A stretch of DNA of 64,000 bases from Alphaproteobacteria bacterium (GTDB lineage Bacteria > Pseudomonadota > Alphaproteobacteria > SP197). Within the stretch, counting starts at the first letter, position 1. The number at the start of each line of letters is the position of its first letter. The position numbers were made by a program, and so were the translations under genes. The notes below the pieces were generated by a model that saw only the letters and a list, made by a program, of their open reading frames with translations, was not told the origin of the DNA and searched no databases. The stretch spans positions 128,001 through 192,000 of the forward strand of contig OZ219917.1 in the NCBI GenBank assembly GCA_964291415.2. The letters run 5' to 3'. This document shows, piece by piece, positions 9,876-19,134 of this stretch.

Positions 9876-10814
9876 TCATTTGCCGAACCGGTCATTCATC
9901 AAGGTGGCGGCAAGGCGGATCGCCCTGCGGGGAATTCGGCCGTCGATGAACAGCAAACCAATTCCGATGATGGCGGCTCCGGCGATCTCGGCGAGGAGTA
10001 TCGGCTCGGAGAGAAACAGGTTCCCGAGCACCACCGCGGTCACGGGAATCAGCAGCGTGACCAGCATCACGTTGCTCCCTCCGGCGCGGACGAGAACCTC
10101 GAAGAAGACAATGTACGCAAGGGCGGTTCCGAACAGAGCCAGCGCTCCCAGGGCGATCCATACCGCGACGCCGGGAGCCGGCAGGGTCCATGGCCGGTCG
10201 ACGACCGCGACCACCACCGCAATGATGATCGTCGACGACAGGAGCTGGCAGGTCGCAGACTTGAGCGGTGCGACGCTTGCGAGGTGTCGACGTCCCCAGA
10301 GTGCAGCGAACCCGTAGCTGAGCGCTCCGGACAGGCAAAGGCCGATGCCGAGAAACCTTGCATCCGCCACGAGCGCGTTCGGCTCGCTGATGATCCAGAC
10401 TCCGGCAATGCCCAACAGCACCCCGATGACCCGGAGCGTCGTCAACCGCTCTTCCCGGAAGGACGCCATCACCAAGGCGGTGAAGAGCGGGGTCGTGGCG
10501 TTCATGATGGACGCGAGGCCGACGCTGATCGTGGTCTGACCGGCGGTCAGCAAGCTGAACGGAAACACGTTGTTGAGCAGCCCCATGATGAGGAAGGGCG
10601 TCCAGGCGGAAAAGGTGTTTGGCAGGGAATGGCCGAGGAACCACGCGAACGCGAGGAGAGCCGCCGCCGCAATGCCGACCCGGGCGAGCACGACGGTGAG
10701 CGGCGGAAGCTCGACGACCGCAACGCCGACGCAAAAGAACGCACCGCCCCACAGGACCGAAAGCAGAATCAGCAGGCCCCATTCGGTGCGATTCATAACC
10801 TTGGGTTCCTGCAT
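9876..10814 (-). CDS. DMT/EamA family transporter
   Basis: Ten-TM pattern, LSVLWGGAFF, GLLNNVFPF, GLASIMNATTPLFT, VTLLIPVTAVVLG. Start placed at ATG 10814 (10796 also possible). Confidence 0.9.
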   Translation of the reverse strand: MQEPKVMNRTEWGLLILLSVLWGGAFFCVGVAVVELPPLTVVLARVGIAAAALLAFAWFLGHSLPNTFSAWTPFLIMGLLNNVFPFSLLTAGQTTISVGLASIMNATTPLFTALVMASFREERLTTLRVIGVLLGIAGVWIISEPNALVADARFLGIGLCLSGALSYGFAALWGRRHLASVAPLKSATCQLLSSTIIIAVVVAVVDRPWTLPAPGVAVWIALGALALFGTALAYIVFFEVLVRAGGSNVMLVTLLIPVTAVVLGNLFLSEPILLAEIAGAAIIGIGLLFIDGRIPRRAIRLAATLMNDRFGK

Positions 10815-11029
10815 GTGAGACCTCGCTACGAGCCGCCGCGGTGGTGAAGGCGGGAACGTTGCACAAGAAAGTTGAACTCGCGTTCCGATTCTTGCTGCGA
10901 CATCCGGATTGCGGTGGCTCGCCTGTGGCGAAGCTTCGCGCGAACGGTCTTCGGCGCTGCGCGCGGTCATCAACGCGATCCCGCGCTACGGCCCGGATTG
11001 CCCCTGGCCCTTTCCGGCCCACCCACGCG

Positions 11030-11306
11030 ATCAGTCGACAACATCGAGTATCAATGGCATCGCATCCGCAACGAGGCCGGATTGCCCGAATTGCACCACA
11101 TCGCCGCGAGTCATGCGGTCATGTCGAGCGAGGGTCTGCCGTTCGTCGGTCGCCTCCTCCGGCATAGCCGGCATCACACCACAGCGGACAACGCCCACCT
11201 TGCCGACGGGCGTCTCGTCGCGGCGGCGGAGAGGGCCGGCGCGTTGATCGCGCATGCCATGCGGCTCGACCCCGAGGCTATTCAGCGGGGGTGGCTGAGG
11301 ATATAG
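11030..11306 (+). pseudogene. Tyrosine recombinase/phage integrase C-terminal remnant
   Basis: WHRIRNEAGLPELHHIAASHAVMSSEGLPFVGRLLRHSRHHTTADNAHLADGRLVAAAERAG resembles integrase box II. The H-x-x-R motif is collapsed and the catalytic Tyr is replaced (DNAH for RYAH). Confidence 0.75.
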
Positions 11307-11350
11307 TCCGGGCGCTGCCACGGGTATCCTGACTACCGGGGAATCAATCG

Positions 11351-11791
11351 ATGTCGCCCAATCCCTATCTCTTCTTCGACGGCAACTGCCGCGAGGCGTT
11401 CGAGTTCTATCGCTCGGTGTTCGGCGGCGAGTTCTCCGTCATTCTGACCTACGGCGACGCGCCGGCGGACATGAACGTGCCGGAGTCGGAGATGGGCCGC
11501 ATCATGCATGTCTCTCTCCCCATTGGATCCGGGGTCTTGATGGGAAGCGACAGTTGCTCCGCATTCGGCCCGTCTCCGACGCGGGGCGACAATTTCGCCA
11601 TCTCCGTGGAGGGGGAGAGCCGGGAGCAAGCCGATGAAGTTTTCGCGAAGCTCTCGGAGGGCGGCACGGTCAAGATGCCGATGCAGGAGACCTTCTGGGG
11701 CGCCTACTTCGGGAACTGGACGGACCGGTTCGGCATCGGCTGGATGACCGGCTACCATCCGCAGGATGACCAGCCACCATCGGCTGGATGA
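11351..11791 (+). CDS. VOC family protein (PhnB/glyoxalase-like)
   Basis: PYLFFDGNCREAFEFY, IMHVSL, LMGSD, MPMQETFWGAYFGNWTDRFGIGWM. Confidence 0.92.
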   Translation: MSPNPYLFFDGNCREAFEFYRSVFGGEFSVILTYGDAPADMNVPESEMGRIMHVSLPIGSGVLMGSDSCSAFGPSPTRGDNFAISVEGESREQADEVFAKLSEGGTVKMPMQETFWGAYFGNWTDRFGIGWMTGYHPQDDQPPSAG

Positions 11792-11799
11792 TCGGCTAC

Positions 11800-12044
11800 T
11801 CGGCGGTTTCGCCTTGTTCGCAGTGGTCGAGATTGTCAGTGCCGTAGCGCGAGGCAAGGGCCCGCCGAAGGAGCCGGCGCCCCGCATCACCATGGATATC
11901 GCCGCCGTCATCGGCGGCGGCGTTGTCGCCGGGCTCCTGGCGGGGTTTCACGGCACGCTCTTCGGCGCGCCGGTGATGTGATGTCCTCCGGAAGCGGAAC
12001 CGCTTCGAGTGCGGCGGGCACTGCGGCTCAAGCGCTGGTTGCAC
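11800..12044 (+). repeat. Near-identical copy of the nnrU-like 3' end and downstream region (9580-9825)
   Basis: Encodes GGFALFAVVEIVSAVARGKGPPKEPAPRITMD...FHGTLFG in both copies; offset about 2220 bp. Confidence 0.95.
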
Positions 12045-12475
12045 AACGGCTTTCATTGCCCGACGACCTGGGCGGTCAGGTAGCGGGATGGGAACACCCT
12101 TCGGCGGCTGGTTCTCACATCAGATGCATCGTTGATGCATTTCCGGCAAGCGTCCGCCGTCGAATGAACTGGCGGAGGCCGCCCTGCCAAACGGCTCGCC
12201 CCGCCCCGGCGCGCGGCTCTCTTGGAGAAACACCGCTGTGACCGCTTCGTGCACTTGCGCTGGTCGGAGATCCAGGCCGGCATGTTGGTTCTCGCCGGCG
12301 GCACAATGACCTCCGAGATGGTTTGCCTGCCGGTCGGGACTGGCTATCGGTTGACTGTGCTTCCCCGACACTTGAAAAGATCATCCTCGTCAGAGTCGGG
12401 CGCCTGCGAACGCGAAGCAGCTCCTTCCCCATGGCTTCCTCCTTCGCGCGCCATCGTCAAAGGAAGAACGCCGCC

Positions 12476-13294
12476 ATGCCCAGTCTGTTTGCCGGCACCG
12501 ATGAACTGATCTGCGATCGGTTGGGGATCCAGCGCCGGGCACAGCTGAGCGAACGGTCGCCGCGGGTCGCGCCGCTCTCGGACGAAGACACGTTTCTTCT
12601 GGTGAACGATCTTTACGAGCGCATGGCAGGTAACGCGCCGGTTCAACCGCAATCACGCTCGGAGATGCTCTGGCGATGCAGGCGGGCGACCGACATCGCC
12701 GACCAGAACCGGAGCGACGAGACGATGCTCGAGAAGGCGGTGGCGATTCTCGCCGATCAGGGCCATATGCCGGGATGGTTCAACCAGTGTCCCGTCGCGT
12801 CCGGGGTCTCGGACGCGTCCAGCGACCGCAAGCGCGCCGTCGATCTCGTTCATGTCTCGGGCGACGCCGCGCGTCTGGTCGAACTGAAGTGGGCCAGCAA
12901 CATGCCGGTCCACGCCCTGTTCCAGATCCTCGAGTATGGCCTGGCCTACGTCCTGGCGCGGCTCCGCAAGAACGAACTGGGCCTCGATGGTCTGCCGCTG
13001 ATGCAGGCGAGACATGTCGACCTCGATGTCGTCGGTCCGGTGAGGTTCTTCGCGCCGGACAACGGGTCCGAACTGTTCGCGCGCATCGACAAGGCTCTCG
13101 CCAAGTTCGCCGAAACCTGTTCAGGCGGCGCCTGGTCGATGTCCCTCAGGGCACGCGTGTTTCCGGGTGATTTCAACCGCGTTCCGTTCGAGGACGGACA
13201 GGCGGTGAAGGAACGGTGCACAACAACGTCGCTGACCGAAGAGGGCCGAATGGTCCGCGACGCCTTTGACAATCTGACACCAGCCATCGGATAG
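12476..13294 (+). CDS. Putative PD-(D/E)XK nuclease (D...ExK...QxxxY type)
   Basis: RAVDLV...LVELKW...ALFQILEYG. AAAGGAAG precedes ATG 12476. Confidence 0.65.
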   Translation: MPSLFAGTDELICDRLGIQRRAQLSERSPRVAPLSDEDTFLLVNDLYERMAGNAPVQPQSRSEMLWRCRRATDIADQNRSDETMLEKAVAILADQGHMPGWFNQCPVASGVSDASSDRKRAVDLVHVSGDAARLVELKWASNMPVHALFQILEYGLAYVLARLRKNELGLDGLPLMQARHVDLDVVGPVRFFAPDNGSELFARIDKALAKFAETCSGGAWSMSLRARVFPGDFNRVPFEDGQAVKERCTTTSLTEEGRMVRDAFDNLTPAIG

Positions 13295-13297
13295 CCG

Positions 13298-14065
13298 ATG
13301 GACCGCTTTCTGCCAGGCGTTCCCGGCGCCGACATCGAACGTCTTCTGCACGCCGCGCCGGGCGACGAAATCGCCAGCGGCAAGTTCGACCATCCCGAGT
13401 CCTCGGCTGCGCTCGCCGCCAACGCCTTCGGGTACTTTCTCCACCACGCGCATGATCTGCCGCCTCTGCCGGGCTGCACGGACGAGCAATGGCCCGCCGG
13501 CTCGCTGTCGGTGGAAGCGACGGTTCGCTTCCCTTGGTCGGGCGGGCGCCATCCGGTGCTCGACTGCCTCGTTGCCACGCCCTCGGCGCTCATCGGCATC
13601 GAATCCAAGCGCTTCGAGCCGTTCCGGGACAGGAAGTCCGTCGCCTTCAGCAACGCCTATTGGCGCCCCGTCTGGGGCGATCGCATGAAGGGCTACGAGC
13701 GCGTCCGGGACCGGCTTCACGAAGACCCGAACCAGTATTCCTTCCTTGACGCGGCGCAGCTCGTCAAGCACGCCTTCTCCCTGCGCACGCAGGTCCATCG
13801 TCCAGGCGCACACCAAGGATTGAGACCGATCCTCTTCTACGTCCACGCGGAACCGAAGGTCTGGCCGAGAACCGGGCGCACGATCGACGACGAGGCGAAG
13901 GCCGGGCACAGGGACGAGATCGCCGACTTTGCACGTCGTGTGGCAGGCGACGAGGTCATCTTTGTTTCGTACCCCTGGCGACATGTGCTGGAGGTTTGGC
14001 GCAATGCGCCCGGCAAGAGCATCCGGACTCACGCGGAAGCGGTGATCACACGGTTTTCACCTTGA
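13298..14065 (+). CDS. Putative restriction-endonuclease-fold protein (PGN_0703-like)
   Basis: ESSAALAANAF, GGRHPVLDCLV...IGIESKRFEP, DAAQLVKH. Starts 3 nt after the upstream nuclease stop. Confidence 0.7.
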   Translation: MDRFLPGVPGADIERLLHAAPGDEIASGKFDHPESSAALAANAFGYFLHHAHDLPPLPGCTDEQWPAGSLSVEATVRFPWSGGRHPVLDCLVATPSALIGIESKRFEPFRDRKSVAFSNAYWRPVWGDRMKGYERVRDRLHEDPNQYSFLDAAQLVKHAFSLRTQVHRPGAHQGLRPILFYVHAEPKVWPRTGRTIDDEAKAGHRDEIADFARRVAGDEVIFVSYPWRHVLEVWRNAPGKSIRTHAEAVITRFSP

Positions 14066-14531
14066 GCGTTCATCGGCGTATCCGGGACGATGCTGGCATT
14101 CGCCCTGTCGAGACCGCTTCGGAATGGAGCGAGAAGATCTTCGATACCTGAGCGGAACTGGCGTAGCTTCTGGAGAGGCACTCATATCACTTCGCCAGGA
14201 CGACGCCCGGCGCCGGAATGCCCGCGACAACCCCGGAGAGCCGCCGGACCGGTTGGTCCGCGGTCAGTCGTCCCCGTACTCGCGTTGGCCAATCTGGGCT
14301 GCGATCGCCAAAGCCTTCTCCCTGCCGAAGAACTCGAACAGGATATCCCACAGTCCTCTCCCTTCGCTCCCGTCCAGCATGCGGCGCGTCTCCCGCTCCG
14401 CCAGGCACGCGAACACGTCGCGGACGTGCGTCGGGACGGCGTCGTCGTTCCCGACATCGACCGTGCGCGCGGCGATGCGCACAACGCCGTCGTGAAGTTC
14501 GCACTGCTCGGCCTCGTCCAGAACAAGCCGG

Positions 14532-14778
14532 GGCGGGAACTGCGGCTCAAGCGCCGGTTGCACAACGGCTTTCGTCGCCCGACGACCTGGCAAGTCAGGT
14601 AGCGGGATGGGAACACTCTTCGGCGGCTGGTTCTCACATTCGATGCATCGTTCATGCACGTCCAGCAAGCGTCCGCCGTCGCGTGAACTGGCGGAGACTA
14701 CCCTGCCATACGGCTCGCCCCATCCCGCCTCGGCGTGCCGCTCCCTTGGAGAAACACCGCTGTGACCGCCTCCTGCAT
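14532..14778. repeat. Imperfect copy of intergenic segment 12013-12255
   Basis: Shared GCACAACGGCTTTC...GTCAGGTAGCGGGATGGGAACAC...CGGCGGCTGGTTCTCACAT...CTTGGAGAAACACCGCTGTGACCGC. Confidence 0.92.
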
Positions 14779-14784
14779 TCCCGC

Positions 14785-14953
14785 CCGGCCGCGAGGACGA
14801 GGCGGGCAGCCGGGACGTCCGCGAGATCGAGCGCCGCCGCGATGCCTGCATCGTCGGCTTCCTCGAGGTGCTGAAGGAGCACTCGTATCCGCCCGAGGAC
14901 GATGGCTGGCCCGAACTCGATACCACGCATGCCTGAACCGCGGGTCAGGGTCG
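14785..14953 (+). repeat. Copy of the 3' end of the carnitine dehydrogenase gene (8861-9026)
   Basis: GCGAGGACGAGGC...CGCGAGATCGAGCGCCGCCGCGA...CTTCCTCGAGGTGCTGAAGGAGCACT...GGCTGGCCCGA...CTCGATACC...GCCTGAA in both copies. Confidence 0.94.
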
Positions 14954-15107
14954 ACACCCACCCTGCCGCAGGCAACCGGAATGCGGGTTCCGGTCTCGTC
15001 CTGCGAAAGCGGACACGGAGGTCCGCAGTTCAAGGGGTGTTCCCTCGATCCCGTGCCGTGCCAAGATCGTCATGAGGAGACTGCGGCGAAAGGATGCGGC
15101 GAGGGGC

Positions 15108-16778
15108 ATGGCGGATGTTTTCGACTTCGTTATCGTGGGCGCCGGATCGGCCGGATGCGCGCTGGCCAACCGGTTGAGCGAGGACGGCGAGAGCCGCGTC
15201 CTCCTGCTGGAGGCGGGCGGCCCGGACCGTCACTTCTACATGCCGATCCCGGCCGGCTTCATGAACATCGTGAACGCCGGCGAGGTCCAGTGGACCTACG
15301 TCAGCGAACCCGAGCCGCAACTCGGCAACCGGCGCATGTGGCAGCAGCGCGGCAAGGTGCTGGGTGGTTCGTCGTCGATCAACGCCATGATGTACATACG
15401 CGGCAACGCCCTGGACTACGACAACTGGGCCGACATGGGTGCGGACGGCTGGGCCTACGCCGATGTCCTGCCCTACTTCCGCCGCTCCGAGACCTACGAG
15501 AAGGGCGCTGATTCGTATCGCGGTGGCGAAGGTCCCCTGGGCGTGCAGTCGGCCGGCAGGGATTCGCCGCTGTTCGATCTCTTCATCAAGGCGGGCACCG
15601 AGGCGGGCTATTCGTTCAATCCGGACCTCAACGGCCGCCGGCAGGAAGGCTTCGGCCCCTGCGACAGCACGGTCTGGAAGGGCCGGCGCTCAAGCACGGC
15701 ACAAACCTATCTGCGCCAGGCGTCCGGCCGCCCCAATCTCGAGGTCAAGACGGGCGCGCACGTCACACGGGTGCTGTTCGACGGGCGGCGCGCGACGGGT
15801 GTGCGTTACAGGAAGAACGGCGTGGATCGCGAAATCGGCGCGGCGCGCGAGGTCGTGCTCGCGGGCGGCGCGATCAACACGCCGCAGATTCTCATGCTCT
15901 CGGGCATCGGTCCCGCCGACCAACTCGCCGAGCACGGTATCGACACCGTCCATCATCTGCCCGGTGTCGGCGCGAACCTGATGGATCACTTGTGCCTCTA
16001 CATGCATTGGGAGTGCCTCCGCCCCGTCAGCCTGCAGAGCCACATCCGTCCGCCCCGGCGCTGGCTGACCGGCCTTCAGTGGTTTCTGTTCAAGACCGGC
16101 GTCGCTGCCCGGTCCCAGGGTGAGGCGGTGGGCTTTCTCCGCAGCCGCGCCGGCGTGCGCTGGCCTGACATCCAGATCGACTTCGCGCCCGCAGCGTTTC
16201 TGGAGACTCAGGAGGTCGCCTCGGTACCCCACGCGTTCTCGGTGCACATGGGACCCCTGCGCCCGAAGAGCCGGGGCCGGATCGAACTCAACTCGGCCGA
16301 TCCCTTCGACGCGCCGAGGATCTTCTTCAACTACCTCGCCTGCGAGGAGGACTGGCGCGACATGCGCGCCTGCGTCGACCTCGCCCGGGAGGTGTTCCGC
16401 CAACCGGCCTTCGACGGCGTGCGTGGCCGCGAGCTTCTGCCTGGCGACGACATCACGACCCGCGATGCCATCGACACCTTCATCCGCGACACGGCGACGA
16501 CCAACTTCCACGTCAGCGGCACCTGCCGTATGGGCAAGGACGACATGGCGGTGCTCGACTCCAGGTGCCGGGTGCACGGCATCGAGAGCCTGCGCGTGGC
16601 CGATGCCTCGGTCATGCCGCAGATCACGAGCGGCAACACCAACGCGCCGACCATCGCGATCGGCGAAAAGGTCTCCGACATGATACGCGGCCGCAGCGAG
16701 CCCCGTGCCCAGGTCGACGTTCATGTCGAGGAGGCGTGGGAAACGACCCAGCGTCCCGGAACGCCGGCGCGGCGTTGA
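15108..16778 (+). CDS. betA: Choline dehydrogenase-like GMC oxidoreductase
   Basis: FVIVGAGSAGCALANRLSED, RGKVLGGSSSINAMMYIRG, GAINTPQILMLSGIG, FHVSGTCRMG, SGNTNAPTIAIGEK. The C-terminal tail is typical of alphaproteobacterial BetA. Confidence 0.78.
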   Translation: MADVFDFVIVGAGSAGCALANRLSEDGESRVLLLEAGGPDRHFYMPIPAGFMNIVNAGEVQWTYVSEPEPQLGNRRMWQQRGKVLGGSSSINAMMYIRGNALDYDNWADMGADGWAYADVLPYFRRSETYEKGADSYRGGEGPLGVQSAGRDSPLFDLFIKAGTEAGYSFNPDLNGRRQEGFGPCDSTVWKGRRSSTAQTYLRQASGRPNLEVKTGAHVTRVLFDGRRATGVRYRKNGVDREIGAAREVVLAGGAINTPQILMLSGIGPADQLAEHGIDTVHHLPGVGANLMDHLCLYMHWECLRPVSLQSHIRPPRRWLTGLQWFLFKTGVAARSQGEAVGFLRSRAGVRWPDIQIDFAPAAFLETQEVASVPHAFSVHMGPLRPKSRGRIELNSADPFDAPRIFFNYLACEEDWRDMRACVDLAREVFRQPAFDGVRGRELLPGDDITTRDAIDTFIRDTATTNFHVSGTCRMGKDDMAVLDSRCRVHGIESLRVADASVMPQITSGNTNAPTIAIGEKVSDMIRGRSEPRAQVDVHVEEAWETTQRPGTPARR

Positions 16779-17038
16779 GCCTGGGGCAGGTCCGTCCCCG
16801 GCGGGCTGACGAACCGCATAACTCCTTGTCGCCGCCCAACCCGCGGATCAGCCGGTCTGGAGGCGTACCTTGTCAGCGAAGAGAATACTATCCTTCATCC
16901 GCCCACCGAGGCGCATGCCCGGCCTCACGCCTGACGCTCTCGCTCCATCCCTTCCATCTCCGTCGTTGACGACGTTCCCGCGAACGGGACAATCCGGATT
17001 GCAACGAGGGCGACTGGACGGCGAACGCGAAGGCAGGG

Positions 17039-17521
17039 ATGGAACCGCATATCTTTGTTCTCGTCCAAGCCGTTGTCGTCGCCCTGCCGGCGGCCTGGCT
17101 TTCCCTGGGCGCTCTCGACAACATCCTCCATCCCAGTATCAACCGCGACGATGTTGCCCGGGTCCTGGCGCTCGAGGCGCTCCGTGAATGGCCGGAGGTG
17201 CGGGCCAGGGTCGGCCATCGGGCCGTCACGAACGAGAGGGTGGTCCGTCTGCTCTTCATCCTGGTGGTGATGGCCGAATGCGCGGCGTCGATCCTGCTGT
17301 GGATCGGTGCCGTCAGTCTGGGACTGGCGTTCTTCAGCCTTGCCGATTACGGCCAGGCCCTCGACCTCGCCACGATTGGCGCCCTGGGCTTTACGGCCAT
17401 CTGGGCATCGTTCCTGACAGGGGGGCAGTGGTTCTACTACTGGTATGGAGAATTCGGGCAATCCACCCACCTCAAGGCCACGCTCTGGGGACTCGCCACG
17501 TTGATAGTCCTGGCCCTGTAG
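17039..17521 (+). CDS. DUF2165-like small membrane protein
   Basis: WLSLGALDNILHPSIN, HRAVTN, GGQWFYYW; four TM segments. Confidence 0.75.
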   Translation: MEPHIFVLVQAVVVALPAAWLSLGALDNILHPSINRDDVARVLALEALREWPEVRARVGHRAVTNERVVRLLFILVVMAECAASILLWIGAVSLGLAFFSLADYGQALDLATIGALGFTAIWASFLTGGQWFYYWYGEFGQSTHLKATLWGLATLIVLAL

Positions 17522-17975
17522 GGCTTCGAACTCCGCTTCAGTCCTGGCGCAGGCGAAGGAACATCCCGTGTGCCGGGCGCACCGTTGAGCGCAATCAACT
17601 CGCGCACGGCGTCTTTGCGGTCGGTGCCATGCGTGAAGACAGGGACACGACTTCCACGGCGTCCGACAAGCAGGCTCGTTTCAAGGATTGGCATGATCGG
17701 ACCAGGGTTGAGGTCGAGGCCGGGAGAACGCTCGACGGCATTCGACACGAAGGCGCCTGGATTGCTCGAATCAGACGTGGAAACAGGGACGTCGGGCAAA
17801 GGGGGCCGAGAGTCGGCCTTGATCGGTTGCCCGTCCGTGTTGACATTGCACTTCCTGCCTGTTCAATACGCTGCCCCTGGCGTCGTCTCAGATTCGGCGT
17901 TCGAGGTCGTCAAGGCGGGGCGCCGGAGCCGGGTTGCAAGCGGCCCGCCCTCACAATCAAGGAGATACCCATCCA

Positions 17976-18206
17976 ATGGCCACAACAGAAGATCGCATGA
18001 ACGCCCTTGCGAGGCGGCACCTCAAACTCGATCGGGACCTCGATCTTGACGCCGGATTGGCTGACAGCGATGTCTCGTCCGCCGATGCAGTGGCGTTCAT
18101 CAAGCGATGCGGCGAAGAGTTCGATGTCGCCATTCCCCCAGCAACTGTCGCCGGATTCAAGAACTTGCGGGATCTTGCCTCCTATATCGACTCGCATTCT
18201 GGCTAA
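17976..18206 (+). CDS. Stand-alone acyl carrier protein (SupB-like)
   Basis: 76 aa acidic protein, RBS AAGGAGA, DSDVSSADAVAF around the putative Ppant Ser, EEFDVAIP, FKNLRDLASYID. Confidence 0.82.
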   Translation: MATTEDRMNALARRHLKLDRDLDLDAGLADSDVSSADAVAFIKRCGEEFDVAIPPATVAGFKNLRDLASYIDSHSG

Positions 18207-18378
18207 ATGCCCCCATCACGTGCCCAGCGCCGCAGTCCGTGCGGTTTCACGGCACAAGGGCGCAGTGGGGGTGCGGAGTGCCGCGCCCCCATTCGTCTCC
18301 CCGATTGCCCGGAGAGGGCATGCCGGACGTGCAGACCGGCTCCAGGACCTGCGCATCCGCGCACCTAGGGTCGATCGG

Positions 18379-19134
18379 ATGCCGGTTCCCGTCATGGCGA
18401 CCACAGTCCACCGTTCCGATGCTGCGGTCGTCAGTCATGTCGATCTGACGCCCGACACAAATCGCGAGGCCGCCGCCCTCGCGTGGCTCGACGAACGCGA
18501 GCATGCACGTCGGGAACGTTTCCTGCGGTCCCGGCCACGGCGACAGTTTACCCTGTGCCGCGCCGCGCTGCGGACCGTGCTTTGCCGCGCACTCCACTGT
18601 TCCAACGATGAACTGTCATTCGGCACATTGACATATGGAAAGCCGTTTGCCCTGGTCGGCGGAACTCCCGCTTCGATCGCCTTCAATGTCAGCCACAGCG
18701 GCCGGCACGGTCTCATCGCGCTCGCCCGGGAGGGACGGATCGGCGTCGATGTCGAAGAGTGTTCGGCGCGGCGGGACATCGACGGCGATATCCGGCTGCT
18801 CTTTTCGCCCGAGGAACGCGCGCGCCTCAACTGCGTCGACGGGCATCACCGCCTCGAATTGTTCTGGAGTCTGTGGACCATGAAGGAGGCGCTCATCAAG
18901 GCGTCGGGCACAGGCCTTGCACGCGACACGACTAGTTTTGCGATACCGCCTGCGATGGGCCTCGGAGCGGGACGCACCGTCTTTCGGTTTCCCGACACGC
19001 CCTCGATTCAATGGCAGCTCGAGAAACTCGACAGCACCCGTTTCGTCGCAGCGCTCGCACACGAGATTGTGACCATGCCCGATTCCGGTTCGAGGAAGCA
19101 TGTCGAACCGGATGCCAGCGGCCCGGTTTCGTGA
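18379..19134 (+). CDS. Sfp-type 4'-phosphopantetheinyl transferase (SupC-like)
   Basis: YGKPF, FNVSHS, IGVDVE, WTMKEALIKASGTG. Start position uncertain. Confidence 0.9.
   Translation: MPVPVMATTVHRSDAAVVSHVDLTPDTNREAAALAWLDEREHARRERFLRSRPRRQFTLCRAALRTVLCRALHCSNDELSFGTLTYGKPFALVGGTPASIAFNVSHSGRHGLIALAREGRIGVDVEECSARRDIDGDIRLLFSPEERARLNCVDGHHRLELFWSLWTMKEALIKASGTGLARDTTSFAIPPAMGLGAGRTVFRFPDTPSIQWQLEKLDSTRFVAALAHEIVTMPDSGSRKHVEPDASGPVS

Noticed and set aside
9790-14563. Possible integron cassette array (hairpin as attC)
   Set aside because: No IntI gene and no clear RYYYAAC/GTTRRRY boxes; the repeats extend 200+ bp beyond the hairpin and cassettes are multi-gene with mixed orientation.
2523-14953. 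Diversity-generating retroelement (template and variable repeats at gene 3' ends)
   Set aside because: No reverse transcriptase in the window, and differences between copies include indels and are not confined to adenines.
17525-17930. ORFs between the DUF2165-like gene and the ACP
   Set aside because: Overlapping low-complexity ORFs with no recognisable domain.
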